Positions 40,377 through 50,582 of a stretch of 64,000 nt of DNA are shown in pieces. Below the pieces are notes generated by a model. That model was not told the DNA's origin, did no database searches, and worked only from the letters and a program-made list of their open reading frames with translations. The position numbers and the translations under genes are program-made. Positions within the stretch are counted from its first letter, which is position 1; each line of letters opens with the position of its first letter. Source of the stretch: an uncultured delta proteobacterium (GTDB taxonomy: Bacteria > Myxococcota > UBA727 > VGSZ01); the NCBI GenBank assembly GCA_963775425.1, contig CAVZJB010000011.1, forward strand, positions 800,001 through 864,000. Direction: 5' to 3'.

Positions 40377-41644
40377 GCAAGCGTGCGAAGCCCCCCCGGC
40401 CCCGGCGGGCCACCGCGAGCGGCGCGGCCGGCGCGGTCGACGGTCGCGCGCCCGCGCCTCGTCGAGGGCGCCTGGTGCTCGTCTCCGGCAAGGGCGGCGT
40501 CGGCAAGACCACCGTCGCCGCAGCCACCGCCGCCGGCGCCGCCACGCACGGCCACCGCACGCTCGCCATCAGCCTCAATCGCGCGCACAACCTCGGCGGT
40601 GTCCTCGAGACGGCGCTCGGGCCGGAGCCCGTCGCCGTCGAGGGACAGCCCGGGCTGTTCGCGCTCGAGGCCGATCCGCAGGCGGAGCTCGAGCGCCAAT
40701 GGCGCGTGCTCAGCCGCTACTTCACGCGCTTCCTCGCCTGGGCCGGCGTCGGCGGCGCGGAGGCGGCGGAGGTCGCCGTGCTCCCCGGGCTCGAAGAGCT
40801 GTTGGTGCTCACGCGCCTGGTCGACGTCGTCGAGAGCGGCGACTACGACGTCGTCGTCGTGGACCTGGCGCCCACGGCGTCGAGCTTGCGCATGCTGAGC
40901 TTCCCCGAGCTCCTCACGGGGCCCCTGGGCCGCCTGCTGAGCCTCGAGCGCAGCGTGATGCGCTTCGCCCGCCCCGCGATGAAGCGCATGACGCAGGCGC
41001 CGCTCCCCGAGGACGAGGTCTACGACGCCATCGAGAACATCGCCGGACAACTGCAGCGCCTGCGCGAGCTGCTGGTGGATCCGGCGCGCACCGTGGTGCG
41101 CCTCGTCGCCGTCCCCGAGCGCATCGTCATCGACGAGAGCAAGTCGGCGTACGCGTTGCTCAGTCTCTTCGGCCTCTGCGTCGACTGCCTCGTGTTGAAC
41201 CGGGTCCTGCCGGACGGCGCCGCCGTCGGGTGGTTCGAGAGCTGGGGACGCGTGCAGAAGCGCGAACGCGCGCGCGCGGAGCAGGAGCTGGCCGGGCTCG
41301 AGCTGCGTGAGCTCGCGTTTCAGAAGGACGAGGTCTCGGGCGTCCGCGCCCTCGCTCGCTGCGCGCGGGAGATCTACGGCGCGCGCGATCCCGCCGCGCC
41401 GTTTTCGAGCGAGGCGCCCGCCCGCTTCTCCGACGTCGACGGCGCGCCGCAGCTCGAGCTGCACATCCCGAGCACCGAGCGCTCCGACGTCAACCTGCTC
41501 GCGCGCCCCGACGCGCTGATCATCACCGTGGGCGGTTGGCGCCGGCAGCTCCCGCTGCCGGCCTCGCTGCAGGGGCGCGCCGTCGAGCGGGCGCGCTTCG
41601 TCGACGACAAGCTCGTCGTTCATTTCACACAGGAGGAAACATGA
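40373..41644 (+). CDS. Single-domain ArsA/Get3-family ATPase with C-terminal HSP20-like domain
   Basis: SGKGGVGKTT, PGLEEL, DLAPT, PE, VLNR; C-terminal LIITVGGWRRQLPLP...ARF....L.VHF. Confidence 0.88.
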   Translation: MSKRAKPPRPRRATASGAAGAVDGRAPAPRRGRLVLVSGKGGVGKTTVAAATAAGAATHGHRTLAISLNRAHNLGGVLETALGPEPVAVEGQPGLFALEADPQAELERQWRVLSRYFTRFLAWAGVGGAEAAEVAVLPGLEELLVLTRLVDVVESGDYDVVVVDLAPTASSLRMLSFPELLTGPLGRLLSLERSVMRFARPAMKRMTQAPLPEDEVYDAIENIAGQLQRLRELLVDPARTVVRLVAVPERIVIDESKSAYALLSLFGLCVDCLVLNRVLPDGAAVGWFESWGRVQKRERARAEQELAGLELRELAFQKDEVSGVRALARCAREIYGARDPAAPFSSEAPARFSDVDGAPQLELHIPSTERSDVNLLARPDALIITVGGWRRQLPLPASLQGRAVERARFVDDKLVVHFTQEET

Positions 41645-42342
41645 CCGCGCTCATCGAGCTTCACGGGGCGGAGAAGGTCTACGGGGACGTGGTGAAGACG
41701 CTCGCGCTCGCGCCCACCGACGTCTCCGTGAAAGCGGGCGAGCTCGTCGTCATCCTCGGCCCGAGCGGATCGGGAAAGACCACGCTGCTGAACCTCATCG
41801 GCGGCCTCGACACGCCGTCGGGAGGCGCCGTGCACGTCGCCGACCACGACCTCGCCAAGAGCGGCGGCGAGGAGCTCACGCGCTTTCGCCGTGACAACGT
41901 CGGCTTCATCTTCCAGTTCTTCAACCTCGTTCCGACGCTGACCGCGGCCGAGAACGTGGCGCTGGCGGCCGAGCTCGCCGGGAAGCGAGGCGTCGACGTG
42001 ACGCCGCTGCTCGCTGCGGTGGGGCTCGGGGAGAAGGCCGATCGCTTCCCCGAAGAGCTGTCCGGCGGCGAGCAACAGCGCGTGGCCATCGCCCGCGCGC
42101 TCGCCAAGAAGCCGAGGGTGCTCCTCGCGGACGAGCCGACGGGCGCCCTCGATCACGAGACCGGCGCGCAGATCGTCAAGCTCCTGCGCGGCATCGCCGA
42201 CGACGGCACCTGCGCCGTCATCGTCGTCACGCACGACGAGTCGCTGACGAGCGTCGCCGACCGCGTCATCCGCATCCGCGACGGTCACATCGTGTCGAAC
42301 CAGGGGCACGAGGCTGGCGCCGCCGGCGGGAGCGCGCCGTGA
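41641..42342 (+). CDS. LolD/MacB-type ABC ATPase
   Basis: [44 protein letters not shown]. Confidence 0.95.
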   Translation: MTALIELHGAEKVYGDVVKTLALAPTDVSVKAGELVVILGPSGSGKTTLLNLIGGLDTPSGGAVHVADHDLAKSGGEELTRFRRDNVGFIFQFFNLVPTLTAAENVALAAELAGKRGVDVTPLLAAVGLGEKADRFPEELSGGEQQRVAIARALAKKPRVLLADEPTGALDHETGAQIVKLLRGIADDGTCAVIVVTHDESLTSVADRVIRIRDGHIVSNQGHEAGAAGGSAP

Positions 42343-44909
42343 GCGCCCGCACCCCGCGCATGATCCTGACCAAGAAGCTGCTGCGGGACCTCCGCGCACA
42401 GCTCGCGCAGGTCATCGCCATCAGCGCCGTCAGCGGCCTCGGCGCGTTGATGTTCGTGTCGTCGTACGCCGGCTACCTCGACCTCTCGGACAGCTACCAC
42501 GACGTCCGCAAGAAGCTCGACCTCGCCGACCTGCACATCGACGTCACCACCATCGCTCCCGCGGAGGTCGCGGCGCTCCGCGGGCGCCCGGAGATCGCGC
42601 GGGCGGACGCGCGGCTCGAGATCGATCTGCCGGTGCGCATCCCTGATGCGTCGACGAAGGACGCCACGAGCGGCGCGCCGGGCGAAGCGGGCGCGCCCGG
42701 CGCAGCCCACGCGGCGGACGCAGCGGCGGTGACGGTGCGCTTCTTGTCGCTCCCCGGCGGAGGGCAGCCGGCGCTCGACCGCCTCTACCTCGAGGGGGGG
42801 CGCCTGCCCACCGGCGACGACGAGATCGTCCTCGAGAAGCACCTCGCGACGTTCCACCACCTCGCACCGGGCGACACGCTGACGGTCCCGGTGCTCGGGG
42901 TCGAGCACACGCTGCGCGTCGTCGGCGTCGCTGTGAGCGCGGAGTACCTGTGGGTCTCGCGCAATCGCGAGGACGTGATGCCGACGCCGGACACGTTCGG
43001 CGTCGCGTGGATCGGGCGCGACGCAGAGCGACGGCTGGCGGCTCGCATCGCCGGCGGCATCCCGTTCGGCGCCGCCGCCGTCCCCGCGCTCGCCCTCGCC
43101 GCGTCGCCGGCCGCGGGCAACAAGCTCCTCGTGGATCCGGCTGGCAGCCGCGCCGCCGCCGTGGCCGCCGTGAAAGAGGTGCTCGGCGGTCGCGTGCTGC
43201 GCACGACGGAGCAGGAGGAGCTCGTGGGCGTGAAGCTCCTGCAGCTCGACGTCGACGGCTTCCGCGGCATGGCGGTGTTCTTCCCGCTGTTCTTCCTGGC
43301 CGTCGGCGCGTTCATCGTCGCTTCGGTGCTGAGCCGGCTCGTCGACGCGCAGACGCCGCTCATCGGCACGCTCCGCGCGCTCGGGGCCTCTCGCGCCCGC
43401 GTGCTGTTTCACTACCTCGCCTTCGCCGCGATCCTCGGCGCGGGCGGCGCCGTGGTCGGCGCGCTCCTCGGCGTCCCCGCGGGCGGCGCCATGGCCAGCT
43501 CGTACGCGGTGGAGCTCGGCATCCCCACGGTCACCACGCACCCGCACCTTGAGCTCGTCGTCATCGCCGTGGCCGTCGCGTTCGCCGTCGCCCTCGTCGC
43601 CGGCGGCATCTCCGCCTGGCGCGCCGCGGGCCTCGCGCCCGCCGTGGCCATGCGCGGCGGCGCGCGTGGCAGCTCGTTGATGCTCGTAAAGCTCGCGCGG
43701 CGCCTGCCGCCGGCGGCGCCGATGGTGGTGCGCCTGGCCCTGCGCGACATCCTGCATCGCCCGCTCCGCAGCCTCGCCACGGCGTTCGGCGTCGCGGCCG
43801 CGCTCACGCTGGTCACCACCACGAGCGCGGTGATCGACTCGACCAAGAAGACCATCGACGTGATGTTCTCGGTGGCGCAGCGCGACGATTTGCGCGTCGA
43901 CCTGCTGGCCCCGGAGAACGCCAAGCGCCTGGCCGCCGACGTCAAACGCATCCCCGGCGTCGATCGCGTGGAGGTCTTCGCGGCCGCGCCCGTGGAGCTC
44001 GAGCACGGCGGGACGCGCTCGGAGACGCTCGCGCAGGGCCTCCCCGACGACGGCGACCTCATCCAGGCCGTCGACGTCAACCGCGGCGTCGCGCACCCGG
44101 CCGCCGGCGGCGTGGTCCTCGCGAGGTCGCTCGCGAAGAAGCTCCACGCGGCCCGCGGCGACGACGTGCGGATGCGCCTCGTCGCGCTCCCGGCGGGCGC
44201 GGGCGGCGTCGACGGCGCGGGCGGCGTCGACGGCGCAGCCGCGGCGGACGACGCGGCGGGGTGGACCTCGTTTCACGTCACAGACGTCATCGACGTCCCC
44301 GTCGGCGAGACGGCCACGGTGCGCCTCGCGGATCTCCAGAGCGCGCTGCACATGAAGGATCTCGCCACGTCTGCGGCGGTGACCACCAAGGGCGGCGAGG
44401 CGGTGCGCAAGGACGTGCGCCGCGCGCTCGAGAAGCTGCCGGCGGCCGCGCGGGTGGAAGACGCGGCGTCGCTGCGCAACAACATCGACATCCTGATGGC
44501 GCTCGCCTGGGTGGTGCTCGGCATCATGCTCGTCTTGAGCGTGGTGCTCGCCGCCGCCATCCTCTTCAACACCGCCACGCTCGGCATCCTCGAGCGGCGC
44601 CGCGAGCTCGCCACCATGCGGGCGCTGGGGCAGAGCATGCGCAGCATCACGGCGGAGCTCACCCTCGAGCACGCGCTGCTCGCGCTGGTCGGCGTCATCG
44701 TCGGCGTGCCCGCGAGCATGCTCTTCGTCGAGCGCGTGATGCTGCTGTTTTCGTCGGACCTGATGACGTTCCCCGTGATCTTCACGCCGACCACGTTCAT
44801 CTCCGGCATCGCGGGCGCCGCGCTGGTGCTGCTCGTGGCCCAGTGGCCCGCGCTGCGCGCCGTGTCCCGCGCGTCGCTCGCGGCGAGCCTGCGGCTGCGT
44901 GAAGGCTAA
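42339..44909 (+). CDS. FtsX/LolCE-like ABC permease (duplicated MacB_PCD-FtsX)
   Basis: KKLLRDL, IGTLRALGAS, ERRRELATMRALG; two periplasmic domains. Confidence 0.9.
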   Translation: MSARTPRMILTKKLLRDLRAQLAQVIAISAVSGLGALMFVSSYAGYLDLSDSYHDVRKKLDLADLHIDVTTIAPAEVAALRGRPEIARADARLEIDLPVRIPDASTKDATSGAPGEAGAPGAAHAADAAAVTVRFLSLPGGGQPALDRLYLEGGRLPTGDDEIVLEKHLATFHHLAPGDTLTVPVLGVEHTLRVVGVAVSAEYLWVSRNREDVMPTPDTFGVAWIGRDAERRLAARIAGGIPFGAAAVPALALAASPAAGNKLLVDPAGSRAAAVAAVKEVLGGRVLRTTEQEELVGVKLLQLDVDGFRGMAVFFPLFFLAVGAFIVASVLSRLVDAQTPLIGTLRALGASRARVLFHYLAFAAILGAGGAVVGALLGVPAGGAMASSYAVELGIPTVTTHPHLELVVIAVAVAFAVALVAGGISAWRAAGLAPAVAMRGGARGSSLMLVKLARRLPPAAPMVVRLALRDILHRPLRSLATAFGVAAALTLVTTTSAVIDSTKKTIDVMFSVAQRDDLRVDLLAPENAKRLAADVKRIPGVDRVEVFAAAPVELEHGGTRSETLAQGLPDDGDLIQAVDVNRGVAHPAAGGVVLARSLAKKLHAARGDDVRMRLVALPAGAGGVDGAGGVDGAAAADDAAGWTSFHVTDVIDVPVGETATVRLADLQSALHMKDLATSAAVTTKGGEAVRKDVRRALEKLPAAARVEDAASLRNNIDILMALAWVVLGIMLVLSVVLAAAILFNTATLGILERRRELATMRALGQSMRSITAELTLEHALLALVGVIVGVPASMLFVERVMLLFSSDLMTFPVIFTPTTFISGIAGAALVLLVAQWPALRAVSRASLAASLRLREG

Positions 44910-46069
44910 AGCGCCGCGAAGCTGCGGCGGACGATGCCCGACGCGATGGGCAGGTTGCCGAAGCGCATCGCGAGGTTCTTGAGCCGCAGCGCGAGCTTGC
45001 TCTCGGGCACGCGCCAGCGGGAGACCTCGTTGGCGGCGCGGTGCACGTCGTCGACGACGCGGCGCATGCGGGCCTCGTAGCGCGCCAGCGCGAAGCGCGG
45101 CTCGCGATCCGCCTGCAGCTCCTCGGCGAGGAGGAACGCGCCCGCCATGGCCAGCGACGCTCCCTGGCTCGCCACCAGGGAGGAGCCGCCGTGCGCGGCG
45201 TCGCCCACGAGCGCGACGCGCCCGGCGCTCCACTGCGGCACGTCGACCTCGGAGATGGCGTCGAGCCGGACGTCGTCGGCGCGCGCGAGGCCCTCGAGGA
45301 GCTGCGGGACGCGCCAGCCGATGTCACCGTACTCCTCGCGCAGCTCGGCGAGGGCGGCGCCGCGCTTGCGATCCACGCGCTGCCGATTGCTCTTGTGGAT
45401 GAACAGGCAGGCGACGCGGCTCTTGCCCGCGGGGTACGTCGTCACCAGCCGCCCGGGCGCGTTCAGCACATGCTGCGCGTCGCCGAGCTCGCGCGCCGTG
45501 TCCACGTCGTTCACGACAAAGGACGCGCGGCGGTAGCCCGCGAAGCGCAGCGAGGTCTCCTCCGGCAGCCCGAAGAGCATGCCGCGCAGGGTGGAGTGCA
45601 TGCCGTCGGCGCCGACGACGACGTCGGCGGTGTGGGTGGTGCCGTCGCTGAGGATGACGCGGGCGCCGTCGGTGTCGGAGCGGATCTCATGGGCGGCGAT
45701 GCGAAAGCGCACGTCGACGTCGCCGCGGATCTTCTCCAGCAGCGCGGCCTCCAGGGCGCCGCGCGGGAACTGGAAGTGCTCGTCGCCGAACATCTCCCGC
45801 CGGACCTGATCGTAGGGCAGCTCCGCCGGCTCGCTCCCCGAGGGGCCGTGGAACACCACGCTCGCGGCCGGGGCGTGCACCGCCTCCAGCACGTCGACGA
45901 GGTCGAGGTTGCGCGCCGCGTCGATGCCGACGCCGAAGAACTCGATCATGTGGGCAGGCCGGACCGCACGCCGCGCCTTGTCCACGACGACGATCTCATG
46001 CCCCTTGCGTCCCAACGCGTGGGCGAGCGAAAGTCCGGCGACACCCGCGCCGACGATCAGCACCCTCAT
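44906..46069 (-). CDS. FAD-dependent monooxygenase/oxidoreductase
   Basis: IVGAGVAG, GADGMHS, GRVALVGDAAH, GASLAMAGA. Confidence 0.9.
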   Translation of the reverse strand: MRVLIVGAGVAGLSLAHALGRKGHEIVVVDKARRAVRPAHMIEFFGVGIDAARNLDLVDVLEAVHAPAASVVFHGPSGSEPAELPYDQVRREMFGDEHFQFPRGALEAALLEKIRGDVDVRFRIAAHEIRSDTDGARVILSDGTTHTADVVVGADGMHSTLRGMLFGLPEETSLRFAGYRRASFVVNDVDTARELGDAQHVLNAPGRLVTTYPAGKSRVACLFIHKSNRQRVDRKRGAALAELREEYGDIGWRVPQLLEGLARADDVRLDAISEVDVPQWSAGRVALVGDAAHGGSSLVASQGASLAMAGAFLLAEELQADREPRFALARYEARMRRVVDDVHRAANEVSRWRVPESKLALRLKNLAMRFGNLPIASGIVRRSFAAL

Positions 46070-46080
46070 CGCGGCCGACG

Positions 46081-46098
46081 ATAGTTTGGTACCAAATT
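46081..46098. promoter_or_regulatory. Putative MarR operator
   Basis: Perfect TTTGGTACCAAA palindrome (46085-46096) in an AT-rich patch between the divergent genes; related TTGCTTGGCGACAAACAA near 46210. Confidence 0.6.
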
Positions 46099-46256
46099 GA
46101 GCGCAAGGCTCGTCGAGGGGCGCAACGCCCACCTGCGCCGGCGCGCCCACCCGCTGCTCGCTCGCTGACCTCTCGCCCGCCTCTCGCTGATCTCTCGTGC
46201 GCGCAACCATTGCTTGGCGACAAACAAGTGGGCAATGTGAACGCCGGAGGTCGAGG

Positions 46257-46817
46257 ATGGGGCAGATGTCGCCCGAGCCGCATCTCGGGGGCGCGTTGGA
46301 GTTCATGCGCGCCGTGTGGGCGCTCGATCATGCGTTGAGCACCCTGTCGCGCGCGATGGAGACGCGCCTCGGCCTCACGGGTCCGCAGAGGCTCGTGGTG
46401 CGCGTCGTCGGGCGCGTGCCCGGCATCTCCGCCGGCGGCCTCGCCGCCATCCTCCACCTCGACCCGAGCACGCTCACCGGCCACCTGCATCGCCTCGCCC
46501 ACGCGGGGCTGATCGAGCGCAAGCAGTCCACCGTCGACCGGCGTCGTGTGGAGCTGCGCCTCACGCCGGCGGGCCGCCGCCTCGACGTCGCCACGCCCGG
46601 CACCGTCGAAGCCGCGCTCACGCAGGTGTTCGCGGCGTTCGGCGCCGGCGACCTCGCGCTCGCGCGCCGCGTGCTCGCGTGCCTCGCGGGCGCGTTCGAT
46701 GATCAGGCGACGGTGACGTTCGCGTCGCCGGTGGCCCGCCGCGCGCCTCTTCGCAAGCGAAAGACGCAAAAGCGCGGCCGCGCACTCCGGGCGCCGGTGA
46801 AGAGGTCCGCCCGGTGA
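46257..46817 (+). CDS. MarR-family regulator
   Basis: GLTGPQ...PGIS...LA..LHLDPSTLT...RL...GLIER...DRR. Confidence 0.9.
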   Translation: MGQMSPEPHLGGALEFMRAVWALDHALSTLSRAMETRLGLTGPQRLVVRVVGRVPGISAGGLAAILHLDPSTLTGHLHRLAHAGLIERKQSTVDRRRVELRLTPAGRRLDVATPGTVEAALTQVFAAFGAGDLALARRVLACLAGAFDDQATVTFASPVARRAPLRKRKTQKRGRALRAPVKRSAR

Positions 46818-49147
46818 CTGAGCCTGAGGACAAAAAAGACGCGGACGCGGCGGCCCCGAGCACGACGGGCGCCGCGAGCGAGACGGGCGCCGCGAGCGAG
46901 ACGGGCGCCGCGAGCGAAACGGACGCGTCGAAGAGCGCAGACGCGCCCACGGGTGAGACGCAGCCCGGTGAAGCGCGAGCGCCCGAGCCGGGCGCCGCGT
47001 CGCCGCCGGCGTCGACGCCGGACTTCCCGGTGCCGCCCACGTCGACGAGCACCGCCACCAGCGCCGGCCTCGCCACCACGGTGTCCGCGGCGGCGCGGGC
47101 GCCGACCACGACGTCCACCACGACGTTGTCCGCGGTGGCGACCACGAGCTCCACCACCACGCCGGCGACGTCGTCGCCGCCGCCGACGGTCACCGGCCCG
47201 GTGCCCATCCCGGCCATCAACGCGGAGCGGCCGCCGCCGTCGCGGACGACGTCGCCCACGCTCGCCGCCATCGAGGTGGACGAGGGGAACGTCGGCGCGC
47301 GCGTGAAGGCGTTCCTCGAGGCCGTGCTGCCGCGCCCGGCGCAGTTGCTCCTGCCGCTCGGCCGGACGTTCTGGCGCCAGATCAACGAGATCATCCTCGC
47401 GGCCTACGTCCGCGCGGTGCCGTCGGAGCAGAACCGCATCTTCCTCCTCACCGTCGTGGTCGGGGCCATGTGCGGCTTCGCTGCGGTGGCCTTCCACCTC
47501 GCCATTCGCGTGGTGGAGTCGCTGTTCATCGATCGCGCCTTCGCCACCGAGGGGTGGACCTGGCTGCCGATGCTCATCATCGTGCCGGTGCTCGGCGCGC
47601 TCGTCTGCGGCGTGCTGTTGCACTTCTGGTTCCCGGCCGCGCGCGGGTCGGGAATTCCGCAGGTGAAGGTGGTGTTCGCCATCAAGTCCGGCCGGCTCCG
47701 GCTGCGCGACTCCATGGCCAAGTTCGTCATCGGCGTCATCGGCATCGGCACGGGCTCCTCGCTCGGGCGCGAGGGGCCCACCGTGCACATCTGCGCGGGC
47801 CTCGCCGGAGCGCTCGGGCGCTTGTTCGCGCTGTCGCCGCAGAACGTGCGCCGCCTCATCCCCGTCGGCGCCGCCGCGGGCATCGCCGCCGCGTTCAACG
47901 CGCCCATCGCGGCGGTGACGTTCACCACCGAAGAGGTCGTCGGCGATCTCGATCAAACCGTGCTGTCCGGCGTCGTGGTCGCCGCCGCGTTCGCCGCCGT
48001 CATCGAGCGGACCGTCCTCGGCGAGAACCCGGTGTTCTCGATCGGGCAGTCCTACGAGCTGACCCACCCGTCGTCGCTCCTCGTGTACTCCGCCATCGGC
48101 GTCGCCGCCGCCGGCGTCTCGCACTTGTTCACCAAGGGCCTCCTCGACCTGCGCGTCCGCTTCCGCGAGATGAAGCGGGTGCCCGGCTGGGCGCAGCCGG
48201 CCCTCGGCGCTCTCATGACGGGCGCGCTCGCCGCGGCCGCGTTCGGCGCGCTGCACACCAAGGGCATCACCGGTGGCGGGTACGAGACGCTGTCCCTCGC
48301 GCTCAACGGCGGCCTCCCCGCTTACGTGATGATCGCGCTGTGCGGCGGCAAGCTCATCGCCACCGTGTTTTCGTATTCGAGCGGCGGCTCCGGCGGCATC
48401 TTCGCGCCGGCGCTCTTCGTCGGCGGCATGCTCGGCGGCACCTTCAGCTTCTTCGACTCGTGGCTGCTCGGCCACACCGACACCGAGGCGGGCGCGTTCG
48501 CGCTCGTCGGAATGGGCGCCGTGTTCGCCGGCGTCATCCGCGCGCCCATCACCTCGTTCCTCATCATCTTCGAGATGACCAACGGCTACGGGCTCATCCT
48601 GCCGCTGATGATCGCCAACACCACGTGCTACGTGCTCGCGCGCCGCTGGTACAAGAAGCCCGTGTACGAGGCGCTCATCGAGCAGGACGGCATCAAGCTG
48701 CCGCACAAGAGCGGCGCCGCCGCGGCGCTCTCCGCGTTGCGCGTGGAGCACGCGATGACCACGCAGAACCTCGTCACGCTGCCCGCCGATCTCTCCGTGC
48801 GGGTGGCGCTGGAGCGGCTGCCCCGCGAGCACTTCTCGGCGTATCCGGTCATCGACTCGGGCGGCAAGATGGCCGGGCTCATCGGCGAGGCCAAGCTGCG
48901 CCGCCTGCTCGCCGAGGGCGCCGGTGACAAGCCGGTGCGCGAACAGTTGCGCGCGCGCGAGTACCTCCGGCCGGACCAACCGCTGCTCGACGCCGTGGCG
49001 CGCATGAACAAGCTCGGCGTGCGGCAGATGGCCGTCGTCGACAGCGAAGATCCCGCGCGCCTCGTCGGCATGTTCGCCATGAGCGACGTCATCCGCGCGC
49101 ACGGGAGCGTGGTGGAGAGCGAAGAGGCCAAGGCCGCCGCCGAGTAA
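46814..49147 (+). CDS. clcA: ClC Cl-/H+ antiporter with CBS pair and long low-complexity N-terminus
   Basis: GSGIP, GREGP, FNAPIA...EE, GGIFAP, FEMT, VYE; two CBS domains. Confidence 0.92.
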   Translation: MTEPEDKKDADAAAPSTTGAASETGAASETGAASETDASKSADAPTGETQPGEARAPEPGAASPPASTPDFPVPPTSTSTATSAGLATTVSAAARAPTTTSTTTLSAVATTSSTTTPATSSPPPTVTGPVPIPAINAERPPPSRTTSPTLAAIEVDEGNVGARVKAFLEAVLPRPAQLLLPLGRTFWRQINEIILAAYVRAVPSEQNRIFLLTVVVGAMCGFAAVAFHLAIRVVESLFIDRAFATEGWTWLPMLIIVPVLGALVCGVLLHFWFPAARGSGIPQVKVVFAIKSGRLRLRDSMAKFVIGVIGIGTGSSLGREGPTVHICAGLAGALGRLFALSPQNVRRLIPVGAAAGIAAAFNAPIAAVTFTTEEVVGDLDQTVLSGVVVAAAFAAVIERTVLGENPVFSIGQSYELTHPSSLLVYSAIGVAAAGVSHLFTKGLLDLRVRFREMKRVPGWAQPALGALMTGALAAAAFGALHTKGITGGGYETLSLALNGGLPAYVMIALCGGKLIATVFSYSSGGSGGIFAPALFVGGMLGGTFSFFDSWLLGHTDTEAGAFALVGMGAVFAGVIRAPITSFLIIFEMTNGYGLILPLMIANTTCYVLARRWYKKPVYEALIEQDGIKLPHKSGAAAALSALRVEHAMTTQNLVTLPADLSVRVALERLPREHFSAYPVIDSGGKMAGLIGEAKLRRLLAEGAGDKPVREQLRAREYLRPDQPLLDAVARMNKLGVRQMAVVDSEDPARLVGMFAMSDVIRAHGSVVESEEAKAAAE
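46865..46918 (+). repeat. 18-bp tandem repeat, 3 copies (TGAASE)
   Basis: ACGGGCGCCGCGAGCGAG read directly. Confidence 0.9.
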
Positions 49148-49157
49148 CCCGCGCGTG

Positions 49158-50582
49158 TCAGGCGTGGGCTTCGACAGGCTCCGCGCGCGACAGCGGCAAG
49201 CGCACCGTGAACGTGGCGCCGTGGCCGACTTCGGAGTCGACGTCGACCGTGCCGCCGTGCGCGTCGACGATGCGGCGCACGGTGGCGAGGCCGATGCCGG
49301 CGCCGCCGGCCGTCGCTCGTTCGACGCGGTAGAACGGCTCGAACACGCGAGCGCGCGCGTCGGCGGGGATGCCCGGGCCGGAGTCCGAGACCACGATGCT
49401 GCAGAGGTCGCCGGCGGGATGCACCGCGACGCGCACGACGCGCTTGGGGCAGCCCGCGGTGTACTTCACGGCGTTGCCGGCGACGTTGGCCACCACGGCG
49501 TACAGGAGCCCCGGCGCGCAGGCGACCTGCAAGTCGTCCACGTCGGCCTCGAGGGTCACGTCGGCGTCGGTGGCGCTGCTCCGCAGATCTTCCATCACCT
49601 CGTCGACGACCGCGCGGGTCGACGAATCACCCCGGTCTGATGCCCGGCCGGCCCGCGAGAAGGCGAGCAGGGAGTCGATGAGCCGCGAGGTGCGGCGCGC
49701 GCTGCGCGTGAGCTGTTGGCCCACGCGCAGCTGCGCGTCCGCCCCGAGGGAGCCGCGCCCGAGCCGAGCGCCGATGAGCGTGAGCGGCCCGAGCGCGTTT
49801 CGCAGGTCGTGGGCGACGCGTCCGGCGAACGCGTCGAGGTCGGCGTTGGCTCGCTGCAAGGTGTCGACGTACGCGTCGATCTCCCGCTGCTTCGCCGCGA
49901 GCGAGCGCACCGAACGGCGCAGGAAGGCGGCCAGCCCGACCGAGAAGAGCAGGGCCACGGCGGCCACCGCGGACACCGCGCCGAGCATCTTCTGCGCGAA
50001 GATGCCCGCGAGGTGCTCGCCGCCCTCGAGCTTGCGCTCCTCGAGCTCGCGAAAGCGCTCGAGCGCCTGGAGCATCGCGTCGCGCAGCGGCGGGCTCTGG
50101 TCGTCGAGGATATCGAGCGCACGGTCGCGCTCGCCGCGTGTGCGCGCGTCGAGGGCCTTGGCGATGCCGTCGCCGTACTGCGTGCCGGTGCGCTCGATGT
50201 CGTCGAGCAGCTCGATGTCGTCGCCGTCCTCGGGCGTCATGCGCCCGCGCAGGCGCTCGACGATGCTGCCGAAGTGCGCGCCCGCCGCCTGCGCGCGGTC
50301 GAGCGAAGCGGGGCTCGCGAACAGCACATAGCCGCGCGCGGCCGCGGTGAGGCGCTCGGCCTGGACTTGCAGGCGGGTGGCGTCGACGAGGTCCTCCGTG
50401 TGGTTGGCGATGCGAGACATCGTCTCCTCTGCGACGATCCGCACGGCGATCACGCTCGACAGCCCCACCACCGCCACAGCGCCGACGAGCAACGCGACCA
50501 CGCCGGCCGCACGCCTGCCTTGAAAAGACCCACGGGGCTCTCGCGTTGCGACAGAGGGGTCCGCTTTCACGCCGGCATCCAT
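49158..50582 (-). CDS. Membrane sensor histidine kinase (CHASE3/four-helix-like)
   Basis: Two TM segments, ARGYVL, AHDLRNAL, NAVKY, DSGPG, GIGL. Confidence 0.9.
   Translation of the reverse strand: MDAGVKADPSVATREPRGSFQGRRAAGVVALLVGAVAVVGLSSVIAVRIVAEETMSRIANHTEDLVDATRLQVQAERLTAAARGYVLFASPASLDRAQAAGAHFGSIVERLRGRMTPEDGDDIELLDDIERTGTQYGDGIAKALDARTRGERDRALDILDDQSPPLRDAMLQALERFRELEERKLEGGEHLAGIFAQKMLGAVSAVAAVALLFSVGLAAFLRRSVRSLAAKQREIDAYVDTLQRANADLDAFAGRVAHDLRNALGPLTLIGARLGRGSLGADAQLRVGQQLTRSARRTSRLIDSLLAFSRAGRASDRGDSSTRAVVDEVMEDLRSSATDADVTLEADVDDLQVACAPGLLYAVVANVAGNAVKYTAGCPKRVVRVAVHPAGDLCSIVVSDSGPGIPADARARVFEPFYRVERATAGGAGIGLATVRRIVDAHGGTVDVDSEVGHGATFTVRLPLSRAEPVEAHA

Noticed and set aside
40373-41644. 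Calling this arsA and pairing it with the upstream ArsB-like permease as an arsenic pump
   Set aside because: Single ATPase domain plus HSP20 tail, no recognisable As-binding Cys set, and a separate operon with its own operator
44198-44235. 18-bp duplication (AGGVDG twice) in the ABC permease
   Set aside because: Small in-frame loop expansion with no evident significance
46703-49102. Long antisense ORFs (also 28296-30263, 53135-55396, 42285-45233 and others)
   Set aside because: Shadow frames of GC3-biased genes in a high-GC genome; no motifs
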